Origin: Actinomycetota bacterium
GTDB taxonomy: Bacteria > Actinomycetota > Actinomycetes > JAKEEW01
Length of the DNA stretch: 41,407 bases
Assembly: GCA_046725875.1 (NCBI GenBank)
Contig: JBKOZJ010000164.1
Span: 1 to 41,407 of the forward strand
Reading direction: 5' to 3'
Made by a program: the position numbers and the translations under genes. The first letter of the stretch is position 1; each line of letters begins with the position of its first letter. The notes under the pieces were generated by a model that was not told the origin of the DNA, did not search any database, and saw nothing but the letters and a program-made list of their open reading frames with translations. Positions 34,472 through 41,407 of this stretch are shown here, one piece after another.

Positions 34472-35401
34472 ATGAGGGTGCGGCTGCCGGCACGTGCCGG
34501 CGTCGCATTCAGTGCCATCGCGATCAGCCTCGCGCTAGGTGCCTGCGGCGGCGGCGACGACGGAGCGCCGCAGGCGGGCGGTGACACCTCAGCAACTCTG
34601 TCCACCACATCCTCGTCCGCACCGGCTGCCGTCTCGCCGGCGCCGGGCGATCATGATCTCAAGCTGATAGTCGCGGGTATCGAGCGCGAGTACCGGTTGC
34701 ATGCTCCTCCCGGCTACGAGCCCGGCCAGGAGGTTCCGCTCGTGCTGGCTTTCCACTGCAGCCCCTGCGACAGGTCCGACGTCGAGCAGCTGTCCGGCCT
34801 GTCGGCGAAGGCGGACGAGGAGGGTTTCATCGTCGTATATCCGCAGGGCAAGGGCAGCCGCTTCCGCTCTGGCGACGTGGAGTTCATCGACCTCCTGCTC
34901 GACGAGGTCCAGTCCACCTGGGGGACTGACCCGCGGCGCGTCTTCGCCACGGGCATTTCGAACGGCGCGTCGATGGCCTTCCGCGCCGCTGTCGACCTCC
35001 CCGGCCGATTCGCGGCGATTGCGCCGGTCAGCGGCCCGCTTCAGGCTCTCGGCGGCCCGCAGCTTGGTCGCGTGCCGACGGAGCCGTTGTCAATGGTCAT
35101 CTTCACCGGAACCAGCGACGCAGCCGTCGACCTGTCAGTCGAGGAGGACCTCGACGAGCTTCGACAAGAACTCGGCTGCGCGAAGCCTTCGGTCCAGAGC
35201 ACTCGCTCCGCCCGCCCAGTGACCGTCACCTCAACAACCTGCCCGGGCGAGGTGGACATCAGGTGGTACTCGATAGACGGCATGGGCCACGCGTGGCCGG
35301 GCGCGACGGTCGACGGGAGTACCCTCGCCGACCCGGAAGCTCCGATCGATGCCACCGAGGTGATGTGGGACTTCTTCGCGTCGCATCCCGGGGCAGCGTA
35401 G
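34472..35401 (+). CDS. Secreted lipoprotein esterase (PHB-depolymerase/LpqC-like alpha/beta hydrolase)
   Basis: Lipobox [17 protein letters not shown], nucleophile [17 protein letters not shown] and [16 protein letters not shown] before ATG 34472. Confidence 0.85.
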   Translation: MRVRLPARAGVAFSAIAISLALGACGGGDDGAPQAGGDTSATLSTTSSSAPAAVSPAPGDHDLKLIVAGIEREYRLHAPPGYEPGQEVPLVLAFHCSPCDRSDVEQLSGLSAKADEEGFIVVYPQGKGSRFRSGDVEFIDLLLDEVQSTWGTDPRRVFATGISNGASMAFRAAVDLPGRFAAIAPVSGPLQALGGPQLGRVPTEPLSMVIFTGTSDAAVDLSVEEDLDELRQELGCAKPSVQSTRSARPVTVTSTTCPGEVDIRWYSIDGMGHAWPGATVDGSTLADPEAPIDATEVMWDFFASHPGAA

Positions 35402-35478
35402 CTTCCGAGCCAGCGGCGGCCCTGCTGCCTCAAGAAAACCCATCGGCCACGCATGCTGCCGTCGATAGGATCGAGCGC

Positions 35479-37272
35479 ATGCCCGGAAGCCGTCATGTGC
35501 TGACCGCCGTGGCCTGGCCGTATGCCAGCGGACCACGGCACATCGGGCACGTCGCAGGGTTCGGCGTGCCATCGGACGTCTTTAGCCGTTACCACCGGAT
35601 GGTCGGCAACCGGGTACTCATGGTCAGCGGCACCGACGAGCATGGGACGCCGATCTTGGTCGCCGCCGACCGGGAAGGCCGGACGCCACAGGAAACCGCC
35701 GACCGCTACAACCACCTGATCACCGAGGACCTGCGCGCCCTTGGGCTCTCGTACGACCTGTTCACCAGGACCACGACGCGCAACCACTACGCCGTCACGC
35801 AAGAGATCTTCCTCGGCCTGCTCAGGAACGGCTATGTGTTCCCGCAAACCACGTTGGGCGCGATCTCGCCGTCCACCGGGCGTACCCTGCCGGACCGGTA
35901 TATCGAAGGCACGTGCCCCATCTGCGGATACCAACACGCCCGGGGCGATCAGTGCGACAACTGCGGCAACCAGCTGGACCCGACCGACCTCATCAACCCG
36001 CGGTCGCGGATCAACGGGGAGACTCCACAGTTCGTCGAGACCGAGCACTATTTCCTCGACCTGGGCGCCTTCGCCGAGTCCCTCGGAACGTGGCTGCAGA
36101 GCAAGAAGGGCCAGTGGCGCCCGAACGTACTCAAGTTCGCCCTCAACCTCCTCGGCGACCTCAAGCCCAGGGCGATCACCAGGGATCTCGACTGGGGCGT
36201 ACCCGTGCCACTGGACGGCTGGCGGGACCGGCCGGACAAGCGTATATACGTCTGGTTCGACGCGGTTGTCGGCTATTTGTCCGCGTCGATCGAGTGGGCG
36301 GCCCGGTCCGGCGACCCGGACGCGTGGCGCGCCTGGTGGCAGCGTGAGGAGGCCGAGTCCTACTACTTCATGGGCAAGGACAACATCGTCTTCCATGCCG
36401 AGATCTGGCCGGCGCTGCTGCTCGGATATTCCGGCCGTGGCGACAAGGGCGGGACTCCGGGGAAGTACGGCGTGCTGAACCTGCCAACCGAGGTTGTTTC
36501 GAGCGAGTTCCTCACCATGGAGGCGCAGAAGTTCTCGGCCTCCCGCGGCGTGGGCATTCTGGTCGGCGACTTCCTGTCCCGATACGACCCGGATGCGCTT
36601 CGCTACTACCTTTGTGTGGCCGGCCCGGAGACCAGCGACACCGACTTCACCTGGGCCGAATTCCTACGCCGCAACAATGACGAGTTGGTCGCCGGCTGGG
36701 GCAACCTGGTCAACCGGTCAATTTCGATGGCGGCGAAGAATTTCGGCGCGATTCCACCGGCAGTCGAGCTGACCGACGCGGACCGTGCCCTTCTGGCCAC
36801 AACGAAGACTGCCTTCGTGACCGTGGGCACGCTGTTGGCCGGCTCCCGGCAGAAAGCCGCAATCGGGGAGGCCATGCGCGCCGTCGCCGCGGCGAACAAG
36901 TACTTCTCCGAGCAGGCGCCGTGGAAGCTGCGCGACGCCGACCCGCAGCGGTTCGAGACCATCCTGCACGTCGCCCTGCAGGCGGTAGACGACTGCAAGA
37001 CGCTGCTCACCCCGTTCCTGCCGTATTCCTCCGACACCGTACACCGACTGCTCGGCAACGACGAGACGTGGTCGGGGATGCCGGAGTTGCGTGAGGTGAG
37101 CCAGGAGGGCGGGTCCGACTACCGAGTCCTGACCGGCGACTACGGCGTCGCCGCGGCGCGTTGGGAGTCCCGGCCGATCATCGCCGGTACCAAACTCGAC
37201 CCACCGGCGCCGGTCTTCAAGAAGCTCGACCCGTCCATCGTCGACGAAGAGCTCGCGAGACTCGGCGAGTGA
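35479..37272 (+). CDS. metG: Methionyl-tRNA synthetase
   Basis: [26 protein letters not shown] zinc knuckle, [14 protein letters not shown] and KFSAS. TAGGAT lies 7 nt before the ATG. Confidence 0.97.
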   Translation: MPGSRHVLTAVAWPYASGPRHIGHVAGFGVPSDVFSRYHRMVGNRVLMVSGTDEHGTPILVAADREGRTPQETADRYNHLITEDLRALGLSYDLFTRTTTRNHYAVTQEIFLGLLRNGYVFPQTTLGAISPSTGRTLPDRYIEGTCPICGYQHARGDQCDNCGNQLDPTDLINPRSRINGETPQFVETEHYFLDLGAFAESLGTWLQSKKGQWRPNVLKFALNLLGDLKPRAITRDLDWGVPVPLDGWRDRPDKRIYVWFDAVVGYLSASIEWAARSGDPDAWRAWWQREEAESYYFMGKDNIVFHAEIWPALLLGYSGRGDKGGTPGKYGVLNLPTEVVSSEFLTMEAQKFSASRGVGILVGDFLSRYDPDALRYYLCVAGPETSDTDFTWAEFLRRNNDELVAGWGNLVNRSISMAAKNFGAIPPAVELTDADRALLATTKTAFVTVGTLLAGSRQKAAIGEAMRAVAAANKYFSEQAPWKLRDADPQRFETILHVALQAVDDCKTLLTPFLPYSSDTVHRLLGNDETWSGMPELREVSQEGGSDYRVLTGDYGVAAARWESRPIIAGTKLDPPAPVFKKLDPSIVDEELARLGE

Positions 37273-37305
37273 TGGCCAACCCGCCCGCGGCAAGGAGCGA
37301 CGCTG

Positions 37306-38277
37306 ATGGCTGAGCGCGGGCGGCGGTCCAGCGCCGGCCCGCCGCGGCGGCGCCGGCAGCGCCCACGCGGCGTCGAGCCACCCTCGCCAAGCGCCTCGGG
37401 CGAGTTCGAGCCCCAGCTCCCGCCGCCCCCAACGCCGCTCAGCCTTGCGGTCGCGGACACCCACACCCACCTGGACCTGCAGGACATGACGGCTGGCGAG
37501 GCGGCGAACGCAGCCGAGAATGTTGGGGTCACCCCGCTCATCCAGGTAGGCGTCGACCTCCCGTCGTCCGAGTGGAGTGCGGACTTGGCCCGCGCGACGC
37601 CCGGTGTGTGGGCCACTGTGGCGCTGCACCCGAACGAGGCACCGCGGATCGTGCACGGCGACACCGACAGCTGGCATCCGGGCCCGCCGCGCCCCCCTGG
37701 CGGGATGGCGGCGCTCGACGCGGCACTGACGAGGATCGGCGAGCTTGCCGCCCGGCCCGAGGTACGCGGGATCGGCGAGACCGGCTTCGACTATTTCCGA
37801 ACCGGCCCGGCCGGCCGGCCCGCGCAGGAACATTCCTTCCGCCACCATGTCCGGATCGCCAAAGAGCACGGCAAGGCACTGGTCATCCACGACCGGGATG
37901 CGCACGACGATGTGCTGCGGATTCTCGCCGACGAGGGACCGCCGGCGGCCGTCGTCTTCCATTGCTTCTCCGGTGACGCCGGAATGGCGAAGGTATGCGC
38001 CGATCACGGCTACTACATGTCATTCGCCGGAAACATCACCTTCAGCAGCGCCCAGCCACTTCGAGACGCGCTTGCCGTTGCGCCGGTCGAATTGGTGCTC
38101 GTCGAGACCGATGCGCCGTTCCTCACGCCGGTACCGCATCGGGGCCGGCCGAACTCCTCCTACCTAGTGCCCTGGATTGTGCGGAAGATGGCCGAGGTGA
38201 GGGGACTGGGCGAGGATGAGATGGCGGCGGGCCTCGCTACGAACGCCGAGCGCATCTTCGGACCTTATGACGTCTAA
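37306..38277 (+). CDS. tatD: TatD family DNase
   Basis: DTHTHLD, HPNEA, GIGETGFD, IHDRDAH, FHCFSG and VETDAPF. Sits between metG and rpfB. Confidence 0.93.
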   Translation: MAERGRRSSAGPPRRRRQRPRGVEPPSPSASGEFEPQLPPPPTPLSLAVADTHTHLDLQDMTAGEAANAAENVGVTPLIQVGVDLPSSEWSADLARATPGVWATVALHPNEAPRIVHGDTDSWHPGPPRPPGGMAALDAALTRIGELAARPEVRGIGETGFDYFRTGPAGRPAQEHSFRHHVRIAKEHGKALVIHDRDAHDDVLRILADEGPPAAVVFHCFSGDAGMAKVCADHGYYMSFAGNITFSSAQPLRDALAVAPVELVLVETDAPFLTPVPHRGRPNSSYLVPWIVRKMAEVRGLGEDEMAAGLATNAERIFGPYDV

Positions 38278-38335
38278 TGCGCATCTCGCATTTGAGGTGC
38301 CTATCTTTGCCGGATCGTTGCGGCAGGTGGCGCCG

Positions 38336-38449
38336 CTTCGCTAGCCTCACCCGCTGGCAGCCGGGATGGGACCGAGCGGGGTGTCGGATCAGGAAGTTCC
38401 CTGACCCGACACTCGATTCCTACTCGGGTCCCGCGAGGTCTGGAGAGGC
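38336..38449 (+). promoter_or_regulatory. rpfB-1 promoter and structured 5' leader
   Basis: -10 TAGCCT (38342-38347). Nested stems GGGACCGAG/CTCGGGTCCC and GGGTGTCGGATCAGG/CCTGACCCGACACTC. CGAGGTCTGGAG SD block. Confidence 0.6.
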
Positions 38450-39532
38450 GTGCGACGTTCCCCGCTCCGCCTGTTCTTGCAGGGCGCGGTGATGACCGCT
38501 CTGGTCGGTGGAACTACTGCGTTCGCCAATCTCGACAAGGCCCTCGTGGTGAGCGTTGACGGTACGGAGAAGCAGGTTCACAGCTTCGCCAAGACCGTTG
38601 GTGACGTACTCGAGCATCAAGGCATCGAGGTCGGGCCGCACGACACGGTCGCGCCGGGCCGGGGCTCCCAGATTTCCGACGGAACCCGGATCGCGGTCCG
38701 CTACGGGAGGTTAGTCAGGGTGACGGTCGACGGCGAGCGGCGCGAGGCGTGGGTGACCGCGATCACCGTCGAGGAGGCGCTCGAGCAGCTCGGCGTGCGG
38801 GATCAAAGGGCCTTTGTGTCGGTTTCCCGGTCGGCACCGATCGGCCGACAAGGGCTCGCGTTCGACATCCGCCTGCCACATCGGGTGACCATCGACGTCG
38901 AGGGGAAGCGACACGCCGTCGCCACGACCGCCGCGACCGTCGCCGAAGCGATCGCGGCGGCCGGGATCGACCTCACTCGCAAGGATCTCGTCTTTCCGGC
39001 GAGGGACGTGTATCCGCAGGACGGCGATGTCATCAAGGTCTTCAAGATCCTGGGCAAGGTCGTCACCCGAACCGAGGCAATCCCGTACGAGACGAGGCAG
39101 GTCAAGTCCGCGGACGTCTATGTCGGGGATATCGAGGTCGGCCAGGCGGGCAGGGACGGCGAGAAGCGGATTACCTATGAGGTCGTCCGGAAGGACGGCG
39201 CATGGGTCACCAGACGCACACTCTTCACTGATGTGGTGAAGGAGCCGGTCGACCGGATCATCTGGATCGGTGCCACACCCTATCCGCTGACCGGTGTGGA
39301 AGACCTCAACTGGGCGGCGCTCGCCGAGTGTGAGTCGGGCGGAAACCCGCGCGCGGTGAGCGCAAATGGCCACTACGGGCTCTACCAGTTCTCGCTCGCG
39401 ACCTGGCAGTCGGTCGGTGGCAGCGGCAACCCGATCGACGCCTCGCCCGACGAGCAAACCTACCGCGCGCAGCTGCTTTACAACCGCGCCGGCGCGGGCC
39501 AGTGGAGCTGCGGGAGTCACCTCTTCGACTAA
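38450..39532 (+). CDS. rpfB: Resuscitation-promoting factor RpfB (ubiquitin-like DUF348 repeats + G5 + Rpf domain), copy 1
   Basis: Signal peptide, VSVDG/TVGDVL repeats, G5 region and NWAALAECESGGN..YGLYQFSLATWQSVGG. Confidence 0.93.
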   Translation: MRRSPLRLFLQGAVMTALVGGTTAFANLDKALVVSVDGTEKQVHSFAKTVGDVLEHQGIEVGPHDTVAPGRGSQISDGTRIAVRYGRLVRVTVDGERREAWVTAITVEEALEQLGVRDQRAFVSVSRSAPIGRQGLAFDIRLPHRVTIDVEGKRHAVATTAATVAEAIAAAGIDLTRKDLVFPARDVYPQDGDVIKVFKILGKVVTRTEAIPYETRQVKSADVYVGDIEVGQAGRDGEKRITYEVVRKDGAWVTRRTLFTDVVKEPVDRIIWIGATPYPLTGVEDLNWAALAECESGGNPRAVSANGHYGLYQFSLATWQSVGGSGNPIDASPDEQTYRAQLLYNRAGAGQWSCGSHLFD

Positions 39533-39660
39533 GCCGAAACGAGACCCCCACTGGGCTGTTTGAGTCCGCCATCCAGTGGTCTACGCGCCCCACTCGGGTG
39601 CTTTGAGATGACGTTTCGTGGCCGCCTGACTCCACTGTGGTGCTTGCGTCCGCTTTAGTC

Positions 39661-39790
39661 CTTCGCTAGCCTCCTGCGACTATTGGCCGGGATCGGGCAG
39701 TCCCGGGCGCGTTTGGGGTGGCTTCCCGCCGCTTTCATTGCGCCTGGATCAGCACTCCCCGTGCCCGGGAAGCACGAGGTCTGGAGTTAC
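39661..39790 (+). promoter_or_regulatory. rpfB-2 promoter and structured 5' leader
   Basis: Same CTTCGCTAGCCTC, GCCGGGAT and CGAGGTCTGGAG blocks as copy 1. Stems CGGGCA/TGCCCG and CCGGGCGC/GCGCCTGG. Confidence 0.6.
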
Positions 39791-40936
39791 GTGCGACATA
39801 GCCCGCTACGCCTGGGTCTGTATGGCGCGGTGTTGGCCGCACTGCTCGGTGGCGCATTCGCATACACCACCTTCGACAAGGCTCTGGTCCTGACCGTGGA
39901 CGGTCAGGAACGGAAAGTCCACACCTTCGCAAGCACCGTTGGTGGCGTTCTCGAGGACCACGACATCGAGATCGGGCCGCACGACACGGTCGCGCCCGGG
40001 TTAGATGCGAAGGTGTCTGACGGTACCCGGATCGCGGTCCGATATGGCCGCCTGATCTCGGTCAGTGTTGACGGCCAGGAACGAGACGTCTGGGTGACCG
40101 CCGGCAGCGTCCAGGAAGCACTTCACCAGATCGGTGTCCGTGACACTGCCGCCTTCGTGTCGGTGTCGCGATCCACACCGATCGGGCGGCAGGGACTCGC
40201 CTTCGATATTCGGCTGCCGCACCAGGTGAGGCTGGACGTGGAAGGCAAGGTCAGGAAGATAGAGACCACCGCGCCGACGGTGGCCGCCGCGATCGTCGAG
40301 GCCGGCATTCCGCTCACCGATAGAGATCTGGTCATCCCGGATCGCGGGATCTACCCGAAGGACGGCCAGCTGATCAAGGTCTACAAGATCAGTGGAAAGG
40401 TGGATACGCGGACCGTCTCGGTCTCGTACAAGACCCGGCAGATCTCCGACGCCGACCTCTATGAGGGCGACGCCAAGGTGGTCCGGGAAGGACAGAAGGG
40501 CAGCCGGAGAGTGACCTACGAGCTCGTCCGCAAGGATGGCGCGTGGGTGATCAAACGAGAGCTCTTCTCCAGGACGCTGGCCGAGCCGGCGCTGCGGATC
40601 GTCCGGGTGGGGACGAAGGAGCGGCCAGCGCCGGCACCCGCACCGGAACCCCAGCCGACGCCCGAGACAACGAGCGTACCGTCGGGCGGCGGCTCCGGCA
40701 GCGGTCTCAACTGGGCCGCGCTCGCCGAGTGCGAGTCTGGCGGGAACCCCCGCGCGGTTAACCCGGCCGGCTACTACGGGCTCTACCAGTTCACGCTCTC
40801 GACCTGGGAGTCCGTCGGCGGCTCAGGCAACCCGATCGATGCGTCATCCGCCGAGCAAACGATGCGTGCGCAGATCCTCTACGACCGGGCCGGCGACTCG
40901 CCATGGCCGGTCTGCGGCAGCCGCCTCTACAGCTGA
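39791..40936 (+). CDS. rpfB: Resuscitation-promoting factor RpfB, copy 2
   Basis: GTG 39791 after GGAG (VRHSPLRL parallels copy 1 VRRSPLRL). G5 ends VRVGTK, then a Pro/Thr/Gly linker and NWAALAECESGGN...WPVCG. Confidence 0.93.
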   Translation: MRHSPLRLGLYGAVLAALLGGAFAYTTFDKALVLTVDGQERKVHTFASTVGGVLEDHDIEIGPHDTVAPGLDAKVSDGTRIAVRYGRLISVSVDGQERDVWVTAGSVQEALHQIGVRDTAAFVSVSRSTPIGRQGLAFDIRLPHQVRLDVEGKVRKIETTAPTVAAAIVEAGIPLTDRDLVIPDRGIYPKDGQLIKVYKISGKVDTRTVSVSYKTRQISDADLYEGDAKVVREGQKGSRRVTYELVRKDGAWVIKRELFSRTLAEPALRIVRVGTKERPAPAPAPEPQPTPETTSVPSGGGSGSGLNWAALAECESGGNPRAVNPAGYYGLYQFTLSTWESVGGSGNPIDASSAEQTMRAQILYDRAGDSPWPVCGSRLYS

Positions 40937-40950
40937 CCGCCGCACGGCAT

Positions 40951-40992
40951 GAGGGGCACCGCACCCGGACTGGTCCGGGTGCGGTGCCCCTC
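40951..40992. terminator. Perfect 20-bp inverted repeat after rpfB-2 (probable intrinsic terminator, no U-tract)
   Basis: GAGGGGCACCGCACCCGGAC-TG-GTCCGGGTGCGGTGCCCCTC, 14 nt after the stop. Confidence 0.8.
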
Positions 40993-41170
40993 TGGTACTG
41001 GTCAAGCGGCGAGCTCCTGCGGTGATTCGTGCTGGAGTGATTCGTGCGGCTCCGCAAATTTGGGGGTTGCGCCAGTGCGGGGGCGGAACACGCCTGGAGG
41101 ACGGCGGAGGCGACGCAACTGGTTTCCCGCGATACGGCGACCGGTGGACGCGTCCAGCGAGCGGCCCACG

Positions 41171-41407
41171 GTGAGCGTCCCTGAAGTGCGGGCGCGCTTC
41201 CTGGAAGAGCAGACCAACGGCGTCGCCGCTCTGGCCACGCTGTTCGCGCGTCAGCGTGGAAGCCACCTCAACGAACTGCGGTTGCGCGTCATCGGCTCGT
41301 CGCTGCTGCCGCCGTCTTCGTCGCCCTCGACCGCTGGCAGCAGGACCCGGGCAAGAACGATCTGCTCGCCCTCCTCGACCAAGCAACCGACGCCTTGGCC
41401 GAAGGCA
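41171..41407 (+). pseudogene. Frameshifted C-terminal fragment of a TetR-family (MftR-C-like) regulator
   Basis: VSVPEVRARFLEEQTNGVAALATLFARQRGSHLNELRLRVIGSSLL, then a frame change near 41305 to AAVFVALDRWQQDPGKNDLLALLDQATDALAEG. No HTH recognisable upstream; runs off the window. Confidence 0.6.

Noticed and set aside
39533..39625. Possible small RNA between the rpfB copies (CGAAACG/CGTTTCG and CCACTGG/CCAGTGG pairings)
   Set aside because: Stems are short and interrupted, and there is no separate promoter. It may be a weak terminator or chance pairing.
38336..39790. c-di-AMP (ydaO) riboswitch upstream of the rpfB genes
   Set aside because: Only a TTGGGGTG-like fragment is present in leader 2. 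The GCTGAATCC, GGGGAACC and CCCGTCAGCTAAC consensus blocks are absent.

Overview
High-GC actinobacterial chromosome segment. The left ~12 kb is an accessory patchwork around a tRNA-Ala(CGC): a MerR/epimerase pair, DUF899, YihY, a CsoR with no adjacent copZ/copA, XRE-azlCD, two SAM methyltransferases, a DUF222-HNH gene behind both a LexA box and a PafBC-type promoter, an AlkZ-like glycosylase, a GNAT and a TfoX protein. The centre (12.1-21.0 kb) holds a largely translationally coupled six-gene catabolic operon of unknown substrate: a variant M24 hydrolase, a fused TPP E1 alpha+beta with no E2/E3, an amidohydrolase, a bicupin, an SDR lacking YxxxK and a beta-hydroxyacid dehydrogenase, with a divergent XRE-cupin regulator. 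This is the best candidate for an undescribed system. It is followed by an AI-2E transporter, an ABC exporter plus DesK/DesR-type two-component system, and pstSCAB ending in a pseudo-receiver response regulator instead of phoU. The window ends with the core block pmt-rsmI-(inserted esterase)-metG-tatD-rpfB, where rpfB is tandemly duplicated and both copies keep a similarly structured 5' leader, then a strong hairpin and a frameshifted TetR fragment. Short 12-15 bp tandem expansions and a GC-rich palindromic repeat recur inside genes. All calls come from motif recognition by eye; no database search was run.
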